NCBI GenBank assembly: GCA_012295275.1
Contig: CM022677.1
Coordinates: forward strand, 8,060,001-8,124,000
Length of the DNA: 64,000 bases
Direction of reading: 5' to 3'
Origin: Chrysomallon squamiferum
Lineage: Eukaryota > Animalia > Mollusca
Of the stretch, positions 29,130 through 41,773 are shown piece after piece (positions within the stretch are counted from its first letter, which is position 1; each line of letters begins with the position of its first letter). The notes below the pieces were generated by a model. That model was not told the DNA's origin, did not search any database, and saw only the letters and a program-made list of their open reading frames with translations. The position numbers and the translations under genes were made by a program.

Positions 29130-29844
29130 ATAATAATGTGATTTTGTTTCTTGTATAATCTGTGATGTAAATATTTATTTATTTATTTATTATTATTATT
29201 ATTATTCTCAAATAAGTGTCTCGCTCATTCTCTCTTTTTTTTTTTTAATGTTCTGTTTGTCAAAAAAGAGGACTGAAATGTGGATATCTCCAGTGTACTT
29301 GTCTGTGTGAAGCTATAGCTACGTCATGAAAATATACTGACATCCAGACTGGAGCGATGATGTTAACGTCTGAAGTCTTATGGATATTGAGAAGTAAAGA
29401 AATCAATAAAGATTAAAATTTTATTTTCTTCTATTGCTGTTGTCGTTGTCGTTGTCGTTGTTGTTGTTGTTTTATGTGTGTACTGTAGCATTATAGTAAA
29501 CATTACAGGTTTGATTTTACTGCGAAAACACTGTGTACATTCAGAAATGTAGATTGGGCTATTTATATTACATGTTTTATGTAACAGAGGCGTAAAGGTA
29601 ATATTATATATTGAAAAATAGAGGTATTGGTTTTTAGTTAACAATATTAGATAATTTTATTTTGGATAATAAATAAATAAATAAATAATAAGCTTAATTT
29701 TTCATTAACAGGTCTAATAAGTTGAATAATGAATCAACGTTTAATAATGCGTATTATTCTCTCTGTTTCATTTTTTTATTAAGACAGTAGAATTGCAGTT
29801 GAGAGGGGAGAGGCTAGATTAAGATGAATTAACTTCACCATGTT

Positions 29845-32199
29845 ATTGATATTTGCAAGTGCATCTTTCTTAAATACTAGAAAAGTCTAGAATATAGAGA
29901 AACATTAATAGACGTTTTTATTATTAAAAGTAAAGTGAAAAGGCGAGGATGCGCGAGATGAATCTTGTTTATTATAACACAAGTTCTGTAAATATACTGC
30001 GCTATTACATCAATGTATCTATCTGTCTGTTATTTAACTATATACTTAAACACCGTCTCACTGATATGAACTTTCGTATATAAATATCCTCTAAGGCAAA
30101 CACGTATACCAAGCTATTTCTTTTCTATGGGTGTGTGACTGTGTGTGTCTATCTCTCTATCTGTTTATTTGTTGATAATTTTTCTTTATTTATAATGACG
30201 ACTGTAATACTGACATAACGACATTAACGATAAAAGCAACAACACTAATTGCAATAATACTACTTAAAATGATAAATAAAATAGTAATTTGGTCCTCAAA
30301 TTTGTTGGACTGATTATTGCTATATAATCATTGTTTACTACTAATAATAATTAGTCCTAATCATAATACAAGTCACATTCAATAAACTAAACTCCTTGAC
30401 AAACATCACACAAGAATGCAATATCTTTAAAGTCTGCACCAGCTGGGATTTCAAGATTTGCGCAAGAATCAAGACAATACCAATTTGGGCACCCGTCACA
30501 TTCTATGAACTCCTCAGAATTTATTCCATCATCCATTCTGCCACAGAGTTCACATTTTTCTTGTGTATCTTCTACATCTCTGTCTTCTAGTTCAGGATCA
30601 TCACCATCAACGTTTTCTCTAGCTGCATCCACCGGTTCTGCTGTAGCTTTCAAATTGAACTGCCGTTTTTGATTTGGTATCTTCAATTTTTTTGGGTAAT
30701 TTTGCCTCTAAAACATTTGCTTTCTTTGCCTTTTCTTCCTCCTCCTCCTTCTTCTCTGCCAATTCTTCTTCATACCTCTTGACACTTTCTTCTTCTGTCA
30801 ATTCCTCGGCAGACCTCATCCTTTTGATTTTATTGCCCCAAGTAATGGAGTAAAATAAAAAGCATATTTCTTGCCTAATTATCACATATTAATCAAGTTT
30901 CTTCAAGCTGAACTTAAAAACCGATTATATTTACCTGTTATAATTTATCACTAACCTTATGTCTATAGGACTAAAATTTAACACTCACTTTTGAAACCTC
31001 AAAATGCAGTATAGCGGCTGCAAGTCATAATATACCTCGGAGGCCAGAATTACCCCAAATTAGCTTTAAAAAAATAATTTGAATGAATCTAGTAAATTCA
31101 GTGAATGATCTATATTCAGGAGACTTGAATTATTTTATTTTATTTTAACTTTTTTTATTTTACTCAACACTCAGTCTTATTTGTATATTTACCAACGTGC
31201 GTGTTAAATAGAGTTGTTTCTCTTAGACCACGAACTTCTGAAATAAATTACTCCTCGCACTGGCGAGGTAACGGTAAATTAGATTTGTTGCTTTTAGATG
31301 AAAATAACCAATTCTGTATAGTGTTTTGTAGCAGACAGAATCAGCTTATTAACATTCCCTGTAATTTCTTTTTCTTTTAACGAGGCAGTTTCCTGTATTT
31401 TTTTTTATTTAACGTGATATTAGTATTTGATGAATTATTGTAAAATTGCTATTTTATTTAATTTTATTTATTTATTTTATTTATTTATTTCATTTATTTT
31501 AGTTGTAAAAATGGTTAGGAAAGGCACAAGAGATCACAGTTTTTTAATATGAACAACCATCTTTATCTTGTAAATCATAAAACGTTCAGAAAGTAGACGT
31601 AAAATAATTGTATTTGGAAGTTTAGAAACTTCCGTGACCTCACGGAACCTTCCGAGCGAAATCCAAGATGGCAGCAACGAACGCCGATCAATATTTACAC
31701 ACGTTTAAACATGTAGACCTTTATAATGCAATAATTCTACATGGATCATGAAAAGTAATTTGGAGAAGAAAGTCATATAACCAATGTCTTTTATACATAG
31801 ATGGCTAATACTCTGTAGCAATTACTGAAAATGTGGTAACATTTCTTTTTTTATTCTTTTTTATTTTCTGACGTTGACGTAATATATCACTTCGTACTAT
31901 TTTTTTTTTTTTTTTTTCACTTTTTATTACGATATCGTCAGCCAGGAAAAAATAAATACCAAAATTTAAAAAATAAGTAAATAAATAAAAGTAAAATAAA
32001 ATAACTGAAATAAAATAAAGTAAAATGAAATAAATAATTTTCACTGACGCTGGTTGGAGGGATGGATCTCTCCATATAGATATACACACATACATACATA
32101 CATATATACATACACACACACGTGTATAGGAATAATAATGTATTTGTATGTTTAGAAGTTGATTAGCACGTATATGTATATAAAAGGATAAGTAACTAC

Positions 32200-32246
<47 letters not shown>

Positions 32247-33991
32247 GGGTGGATAGATGGTAGATGATAACAGACAGGTAAGTTTATAGACAGAAGAAAG
32301 GTAGATAGATTACTAGAACTAGATGCAAGGATGAATGAGAATATACCTGCACATCTGTAAGAAAGACTAACTCTGTTCCTTATGTATATGGCATAAATAG
32401 ATAGATAAATAAATATATTTATAGATAGATAACTAGATAGAAAGAATGTATTTAAATACTTAAAAAGTATATAAACAGAGAGAGTGTATACGTACTGTGT
32501 CTGTGTGTGTGCGTGTGAGTGCAATATAGACTGTGGCTATTTATAACTGAGAAGGTGAGATAGATTGATATAGAGATTGTTTAGACATCGCTTCAGAGAT
32601 AGATTGATGTGTTAGGTAGACAATAATTAGGTACATATATAGATAGATATATACAGCTAACATAGATAAATTGATTTGTATGTGTGTGTATAATATATGT
32701 GTTAGAGAGAAGGGGCATACAAATGTGTGTCAGAGATAGTGTGCTTTCTTGTGGATTTTTGAGAGAGTCAGATGATTGATAGAGAGATTAAATATAAATA
32801 AATACATGAGCGAATATATTTATGTGTATATATATGTGTGTGTTACAGAGGGTAGATATAGATGTATGGATGGACACAAACACACAAACACATTCACAGT
32901 ATAAATTATATATGCAAACAACATAAATAGATACATAGATACACAGGTTCATAATAGTGATTAATTATGTTAGAGGATTGGTATATAACTGAATGTGTGA
33001 ATAAGAGTATGTTTATATGTGTGTTAGATAAATTATAGATAAATGGCTAGACTGAGAGAGACTGATATGTAGGTGTGGTTATATGTGTTTGTGTGTTTAT
33101 AGGGAGAGAACAGGTATTGACCTCACTATGAAACAGAGAAGTATGCCATGTGTGAATGATTTTTCAGAGAATGAGAGATGATTATATAAAAAAAAAATAT
33201 ATATAGACAGACAGACAGACAGAGGATAGTGATGAATAAATGGTTAGCTAGACAGGTAATGGGCACATGTATATATGAGTAAAAAAAATCATATTTCTTC
33301 ATTAAAGTCTATTTCTAATACCTCTGTTAGAAAGAGGTGAGTAGGTGCGAGTTTAAGCTACATCACAGGTTGACCAATAAAGAGACAGATAGATAGACAA
33401 ATAGCCAGAGAAACTGATGATGAAATGAAACAAATATATAGATAGACTCATAGATACATAGAAACATGCAGGTAAGTAAGGATGGATGGAGTGTTAGATG
33501 GAGGGATGGATGAAAGCTTTGGTGCAAAGAAGAATTGGGAAAATAATAAAAGGATAAAAAGAGGGAATGATGGACTGAAAGGTTTTCAATTGTATAAGCA
33601 ATTACTTTTCAGACTTTATCACATTGTTAACAAATAAGGTCCTCATTGTAGGTCCATGGATTGAGTGATATATCAATGGAATTTGGCTTAATATCTAAAC
33701 TGTGTGATGAGGAATATGTGGAGTTAGGAGGGAGGCATGACTGGAAGTACCAATAAATTATTAATGAGAGTCTAGTGATTTCTGTAATTGTTTATGAAGA
33801 GAACATTAATCTGGAAATCTAGTCTGTGTTTGTCTACACTGAAAGCAGAGTCTTCATCTGCTGATTAGAAGGTAAATATGATAAGATAAGAAGTGTCTAT
33901 AATATTTTCTGTTAAATAGCACATTAAACACATAATCTATAATACATAATTATACTTAAACATCTGGTAAAATAAAATAAGCCATCTAATT
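29845..33991. repeat. Copy 2 of the 4.1-kb duplicated segment
   Basis: Colinear with 24810-28929. Confidence 0.9.
30290..31060 (-). mobile_element. Pogo-like PHD-finger transposon remnant, copy 3
   Basis: ORF 30387-30686 is nearly identical to 25366-25665; upstream coil RMRSAEELTEEESVKRYEEELAEKK. Confidence 0.7.
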
Positions 33992-34963
33992 AGAGTAATC
34001 TGGAGAGTGACAGAGAGTGTAAGAAAGCCAGAGGGAAATATTTATATGTCATAACTTATTCTTAAGTACATACACTTCTGTTTCTGCTCTGATAGCCCGT
34101 CTGTCTACCTATATATAGAAAGGGCTTTCAAAGTAATGACACTGTATTGAAAATTAGAAAAACGTAGTAATACCCTAAATATAGATTGCTAAGATATACG
34201 GAGCGGCTAACCACACGAGATTTCTGACTTCTCAGTATGAATAAAATCTGATATTATTTCTGAAATGAGTTTGAACACTTCAAAATAAAAAATAAATAGT
34301 ACAAATATAAATTTATAAACTGTACTTAATTATGTAATAATGCAGATTTTAAAAACAAAATCTGTGCTCAACCTGATTGCATGAAAGAAAAAACAACACC
34401 ACTTTTTAATTTAGAAAAATATTAATCTTTACAAATTTAAAAATATATATCGTACATGGTTGAATATATATACATATGTATTCTAAAACATTTCTGAATT
34501 ATTATTACTGTTATGTAAATATAATGTTCATCAATGTAACATTGAGAGGAAAAAAGTTCTTTAATTTGCTGTCACCACCACTGATCAAGATATAAATGCC
34601 TGGCATGATTTACATGTTTATGATGTTTCGTGATTGAAACGTTTTGTCAACTTTTGTGTTCATCAGTTGTTTTTGCCAGTTCAAGCTTTGAGCTGCTTTT
34701 CGCTTCCAGTCAGCTCCAGGTCGTGCTTTTCACGTGGCCCGCTACACACGGGAAGAGGGTGGAGCCCATGGACGTCGGTGTCCTTGCATTGGACGTGAAC
34801 GATCGGGAGAACCAAAGAAATCCACTTGTACAAGAAGAAAAGAAAAATGTTTATTTATTATATAATGTTATCTTTACTTCATTCGCATGTGACGAATATG
34901 AAAATAGAGAATATTTGTGAAAAATAATAATGTTTCAACATATTTTATTATGATACCTTATTC

Positions 34964-35102
34964 TCAGGTTGTATCCATGGGTTCTCCGAATGGATCAACC
35001 TCCATTGGTTGAATGTCTCTGTCGTCGAAGGGGTCAACTTCCATTGGTTGAATGTCTCTGTCGTCGAAGGGGTCGACGTCCATGGGCTCTTCGAAACGGA
35101 TT
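34964..35102 (-). CDS. Terminal coding exon of a small acidic peptide with four PM[DE]x repeats: IRFEEPMDVDPFDDRDIQPMEVDPFDDRDIQPMEVDPFGEPMDTT*
   Basis: Acceptor ttatcttcag at 35103, open frame to TGA 34964-34966, donor AAG|gtatca at 34957; in-frame 39-bp internal duplication; GC-rich island. Not in the ORF track because it is short. Confidence 0.5.
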
Positions 35103-35240
35103 CTGAAGATAACAGAACTGTTCAAGTATTTTATAGAAACCATTCACTAAATATTTTTAGACGTGAAGAATTAATAAAATAATAGTTGTCAGATAATGAG
35201 ATATGTTTTACACTCCTTTATTCTTTTTAAATAAAAACAT

Positions 35241-37690
35241 TCAAAAGTTCTTGCAAATCGTCTTAAACAAGTAATGTCAACTATTATTTCATCAGAACAA
35301 ACCTGTTGTGTAAAAGGAAGAGATGTTGCTGACAATATTATGTCAGTAAGAGATGTTATAGATATTGTCGAGTTAAATAATACAGAAGGGTATATAGTTA
35401 AAATAGATCAAGAGAAAGCATTTGATAGAGTATCACATAGTTTTATTTTAAAAGTTTTGAAAAAATTCAATTTTGGTGATAATTTTATAAAGTGGATTAA
35501 AATACTATATAATAATATAAAAAGTTGTGTAAAAATTAATGGACATTTAACACCTTTTTTCAATATTACAAAAGGGGTTAGACAAGGATGTCCAATATCA
35601 ATGATGCTTTATGTTATTGTAGCTGAACCCTTAAATAATTTAATTAAAAAAAGACATAGCATGAATGGGATTAGAATAACAAATGAAATTAATTCTTTAT
35701 TATTTCAGCATGCAGATGATACTACAGTAACTGTCTGTGATGCTCAGTCAGTAGAAAATGTTTTTAATACAATAAATATGTATTGTAGTGCTACAGGGGC
35801 AAAAGTCAATGTAGATAAGTCAGAAGTACTTTATCTTGGTAAAACCATGATTGAAAACTTATCTTTTAACATTCCAATATCAATAAATAAAAACTATGTT
35901 AAAATTCTAGGTATATATTTAGGACCAAATAAACTATTATGTGAAAATTTGAACTGGAAAAATAAATTAGCTAAAATGTCTAATCTAATTAACTTATGGA
36001 GTCAAAGGAAACTTACTTTGCACGGAAAAGCTGAAGTATGGAATACTTTATTAACATCTAGACTGTGGTATATCATTAGCGCAATAAATGTACCAAATTG
36101 GGTAGAAAATGTAATTCATGAATTATTTTGTAAATTTATGTGGGAAGGGAAAACGCCTTTAATAAAATATTCAACAATAATTGGAAATAACATGTCGGGT
36201 GGACTAAATATTCAAGATATTTCCTTAAAGAAAATGGCTTTTCGAATACAAATGTTAAAGAAATATTTTGATAATAATTTTTAAAATGTGTGGAACTATA
36301 CAATGTCAATATTTCTTGAAAAATATATGAATATGAATCTAAATTATGACATTTTTAAAATAGTATACAGTAAAGAAGCTTTAAAAGTTATCAATCCTTT
36401 TTATGCTGAAATGTTATCAGCTTGGGACTATGTTAATAATGGAGAACGTAATTTCCCACTTGATACAGACGAAATATTGTCTCAGCCACTTTTTCAAAAT
36501 CCATTCATTAAATATAAAAACAAATTATTATTATTTAGTTCTTTTATAAAAAGTGGAATAGTTAAAGTGGCTGATATTGCTTATGAAGTAATATCAGGTT
36601 TTCTTCCTTTTACAGCTATTGTAGAAATTATTCATGAAAAATCTCCAGAATTATCCAAAAACCAAATTTATATACTTACAATGTTATTAAGAACTCACTT
36701 CCAGATGAATGGAAAAGTTCTATTAACAGAAATGCTAAAAAATTAACATCTAATAAAGATTTATTTTTGTTTCAGAATAATGAAATGATAAATGTCAGTA
36801 AATTTACAGTTAAAATAATTTATTCTATTTTAATTTTAAAAAACTTTAAAGCACCAACTTGTGAAGAAAAATGGAATGAGCTTGGTTTTAATATATTCTG
36901 GAGACCAGTTTGGAAATGGATACACTATAGTGATAAATTTACTGAATTTCTAGACTTAGATTTTAGAATAGGTCATCATATAATATATACATGTAGTAAA
37001 TTATATAAATATGGCAAAATCTCATCTAGTGTATGTCCAGTGTGTTTGAAGGATGATGAAGATTTGTGCCATTTATTTTTGTATTGTGAAGAATTGAAGG
37101 AATTAATATCAATCTTTCATGAAATATGTATTTATATATTTAAGAAAACAGGGTTTTTCTCTAGAACAATTAAAAAGATTATTAATATTTGGATGTTATC
37201 TCAAAATTGAAAATAGTACAATAGAATTTATTAATATTATTATTTCAATTTATAGAATATCAGTGTTCAAAAGGCGTGTAATAGCTCAAATGAAAGGAAC
37301 AACTATCAATATAATAACTTTTTTTAGAAATTATATGTATCAGTGCTTTAAAATCATTCTAAATCAATATCGTATTCAAAACAAACTTTCAATTTGTATT
37401 AACAAATATGTTAAGAACAATATTTTCCTAGAACTAAAAGATGACATACTTATTTTCAAATATCCTTTGGAAAGCTACAAATAATCAATATAGATATATC
37501 ATGGAAATGGATAAAAGAATTAATACTATAAAATACTGTAAATATATATGAATATTCCGAATAAATAAGTATGCGTGCATGTGAGTGTGACTGAGTGTGT
37601 GAGAGGAAACAGTTTTTATTACTGTTATTTACAGTTTTAATGTTATTTTAATTGTGTACAACTGGTGATTATGCTAATAAAGATAAAAAA
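35241..37690 (+). mobile_element. 5'-truncated Tx1/L1-clade non-LTR retrotransposon, ORF2 remnant (RT plus C-terminal zinc finger), disrupted
   Basis: SKVLANRLKQV, EQTCCVKGR, IDQEKAFDRV, GVRQGCPIS, QHADD, ILGIYL, GGL, CPVC..EDLCHLFLYC; stop at 36282-36284 and two frameshifts; AATAAA plus A-rich tail at about 37676-37692. Confidence 0.92.
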
Positions 37691-37789
37691 AATAATAATA
37701 ATATAAAAATTAAACCTACACAAATGTAACCTTCATCACTTGCAGACACAATTCAATATATAAAGTAAAAAAGAAGGAAAGTAGAGTCA

Positions 37790-37860
37790 GAACTAACTCG
37801 AATGCGCTGATCTTCAATATAGCCAACTGTATCTATGTAAACAAAGCATTGATGACGTCA
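37790..37860 (-). promoter_or_regulatory. Candidate leftward Pol II promoter (CRE, FOX site, TATA-like, Inr-like)
   Basis: TGACGTCA at 37853-37860, GTAAACAA at 37837-37844, minus-strand CTATATTGAAG near 37815 and TTAGTT near 37795; motif match only. Confidence 0.3.
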
Positions 37861-38279
37861 TAGACCCGAACGTGAAAACGAAGTTAGCCGAATATTAATA
37901 TTTATTTTCAACTCCGATGGATATAAAATAAACATTATATAACACCGAGTGTACGCTTAGCATAAATACTAATTTGTAAGCACGAAATCTTCAGTGATTT
38001 AAATCTTATTATAATTTATTTTTTAACCATTGTCATGAATAATTATTTTTTTTATTTTCGAAGTAATTCATGTTATTTTAGGTATGTCTACCGCAAAGAT
38101 ATGTCTTGCTATCGAAACCGAAACAAAACCAAGAACCGAGATTTCCGATTATTGTAATAAATTAATCTAAATTTCAATGATTATATTTACTGATCACCAT
38201 GTTCACATTGTTCACGTTTATGATGTTTCGTAAATAATATAGTGTTTTAAAAATTATTATCAGCTTTATATTCATCGGG

Positions 38280-39490
38280 CAAACACATGCAACCAGCTTC
38301 TTTCTTTTGTATGTGTGTGTGTGTCTGTATATCTATCTATTGATTTTTTTTTTCAGTAATAATATCTCAAATAACGAGATTAACGATAAAAATAAGAACA
38401 ATAACTACAATAACACTAATTAAAATGATAAATAAATATAATAATTAAGAAAAATACTTAAACAAGAGAAAAAGAGGCATATATTTATTATAAAGAAAGA
38501 GTTATATTAAATAGAAATAAAATCATTTTAGCGAATTCAGTAAAGTGAGTGAATGATCTATATTCAGCAGACTTATGATGTCTCTAATAATCTTTCGTCG
38601 CTTCATTTATTGAAAAAATATATATTTCTATGTGATTTATTTTTCTTATTTTGTTCTTTTTTAATATTTTACTTCACACTCAGTCTTTTTTGTATATTTT
38701 GTAAAGTGTTAAATAGAGTTATTTCCCGTAGACCACAAACTTCTAAAATAGATTACTCCGCACATGCGATGCGAGGTAAATTAGATTTGCTGCTTTTAGA
38801 TGAAAAGAACTAATTGTGTTTAATGTTTTGTAACAGACAGCACCAGCTTAATAACCTTTCTTACGTTTTCTTTGTCTTTTAAATAACCAGTTTCCTTTAG
38901 TTTTGGTTTATTTAATGTGTTATTATTACTTATTGAATTATTGTAAAATGCTTATTTTATTTAATGTTTTTATTCAAGTTAATTTATTTCGTTTTGATTT
39001 GTCTCTTTAAAAACAATGAATTTATTTTAAAATGATTTGTATGTGAAATTTTTGGTATATTTACGCATATACAATACATCATATTTAGGACAATATCTGA
39101 AAGCTATTTAATAATACTTCACCGATTTATTTGGTACAAACTACTACACCTGAATCTTCTTTAATGTTGGGGAACATTGCCAACTGGAGAAGTTAATACA
39201 GTAATCTTATAACAAATTATAATTTCAGTTTATTATGCACGCATTTGCATAAAAATATTCCAGTTTGAAAAGTTTGATTAAGTTAAAAAAGTATTTAGGA
39301 AAGGCGCAGGATATCATGGTTTGATATTACCTTTATCAGCGCAAATCTAATTGACAAATCATAAAAAGTTAAAAAAATACACGTAAAATAGTTGAAATTG
39401 GAAGTTCAAAAACCCGATCAGACGGTTTCCGAGCCTCACAGAAACTTCCGATCGAAATCCAAGATGGCAGCGTCGAACGCCGATCAGTGT
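38280..39490. repeat. Diverged third copy of the repeat that hosts the PHD transposon, lacking the insertion
   Basis: Matches about 25065-25265 and 26050-26660, including gtgaatgatctatattcag, tagaccac.aacttct and cgaaatccaagatggcagc. Confidence 0.7.
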
Positions 39491-40190
39491 TTACTAAAGC
39501 TGTTAAAATAATAAATATGATCAGTTACAAAGAATTAACCAACAGTTAATTAGAAAAATATTTAATAAAATAAAACAACTCAAATCTCTGCAGTGCAAAG
39601 AAAATATAATCTCCTTTTACCAACATCGCACACCTTAGTGTGAAATACATATCAGTTAATTTCATCTCAGTTTTGTCCTGTACAAAGTCCACTGGTTTGT
39701 GCTTGTGTGAGTGGAGGAGATATTGACAGGTATCTGTTTCTTTCAGTAATAAAAAAACAACAACAATATTAAAATATTTTTGGAAACAAAGTTTATTTCT
39801 CATCTGATCAGAGGTGAAAACAACACACGTTCTTATGCAGCAGGAAATGAACAATACAGACAGAAAGCTACATAAACTCTTCATCTCTATCATAAATATA
39901 TACAAAGTGATTTAACATTTTATCTGTTTTATAAAGAAATTATCATAGTCGAAAAAATCTGTAACGAAAAATAGATCATATATTAAAATATTTCAAACAC
40001 AATTAGTCTAGCATCACTGTGTCAAAGTGACAGGTAGCTGCATGTGTGTGTGTGTGTGTGTGTGTGTGTGAGTTTTGTTGTGTGTACCTGTTTCTTGATC
40101 AATATTGTTCTCTACATATTTGTTATAATTACTTTTAATTTTCTTCTTCTTGTTGTTATCATCATTATCATCATCATCATCATCATCATC

Positions 40191-40226
<36 letters not shown>

Positions 40227-40444
40227 TCACATTATAGGTGAAATTTTTGTTTCTTTCTTTTTGTCTGTCTTTGATACACAACATTCCAGAACAAAAATAA
40301 ATGTCGCTGTTGGGTGTCATTCAAAACTAAATAAAGCAGAAAATACGTGAAATTACAGATATGTGTTTGTAGTTGTTGTTTTTACTATGCTAACACTAGA
40401 ATCAGGTTAGAAAATTTGATGGCTAATAAAGAGTGAACAGAAAC

Positions 40445-40730
<286 letters not shown>

Positions 40731-41237
40731 GGTTATAAATGGACAGGCAAACAGAAAGATACATATGGATTTTGAAAGTTGTTATACACGCAGGAGGCGA
40801 GTGAGACAGAGAGACTCAGATGTAGAGAGTTTGATAGATAAAAACTTAGACAGGCTGACAGATTATTTGTAGACAGATATATAGACTGACAGAAAGGAAC
40901 AAAGATAAATAGAAAGCCACAGAGGAACACACTCATAGATATAGAAATACCAAGACAAACAGATTAAGAGACATAATAGATGAAAGCAACTGTATGATGG
41001 TAATGTGGGGTGTATATATACATATGCATGTGTGTGTGTGTAAGTGTGTATGAAAAATATTTTTTATAGAGTGAATATGAAATGATGAACATGTCTGATA
41101 GGTTGGTTTGAGTATTTGAGCAACAAACTGTGGGAATATGTGCTTATGAGTTAGATAGAAAGAATGTGTTTTTTGTGTGGTTTTCTGTGTGTTTCTGAGA
41201 GTGCCTATGTGCTGTAGATACACAGGCAGACATCTGT

Positions 41238-41340
41238 GACAACGAAGACTGCGTGGAGCTGTGAAATGTGTGAACTGTCGTCACTGGAACGACCCGGTTG
41301 TGCGGCTCACGGCGGCTTCTTCTGTGAATGGCGACCGTGA
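41238..41340 (+). pseudogene. C-type lectin 3'-end fragment (CTL-D), convergent with the other paralogs
   Basis: DNEDCVEL*NV/NCRHWND/GCAAHGGFFCEWRP* with a stop and frameshifts; AATAAA at about 41349. Confidence 0.7.
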
Positions 41341-41560
41341 TCAGCGAAAATAAATGAAAATAAAAACACAATTGTTTCTTCTTATTGTCATTATTTATAT
41401 TATTTTTAGCTTTTTATTATTGTTGTTATTATTGTTGTTATTGTTCATATTTTTATTTTATTATTATTGTTGTTATTATTGTTATTATTATTGTTGTTAT
41501 TATTCGTTTTATTTTTATTATTATTATTATGGTTATTGTTATTTTTTATCATCATCATCA

Positions 41561-41593
<33 letters not shown>

Positions 41594-41773
41594 GTTATAT
41601 CAGTAATAGTAGTAGTATTACTATTATTATTTTTATTATAATTTTCTTTCGTTTCCCTTTCACATAATGCACAGAAAATTGACATAAAAAGAGAAAATAA
41701 AAATATACACAAACAACAAAAATTTAAATATTAAAAAAGAAAAATGTTTGAAAATAATAATAGTTACTCGTAG

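Noticed and set aside
31805-32524. 239-aa ORF (and 26873-27494 counterparts)
   Set aside because: Low-complexity GATA/CA-rich DNA; the frame is not conserved between the duplicate copies
34630-34920. 96-aa + strand ORF containing EPMDV
   Set aside because: GTG start and runs into AT-rich intron-like DNA; better explained as the inverted arm of the minus-strand exon
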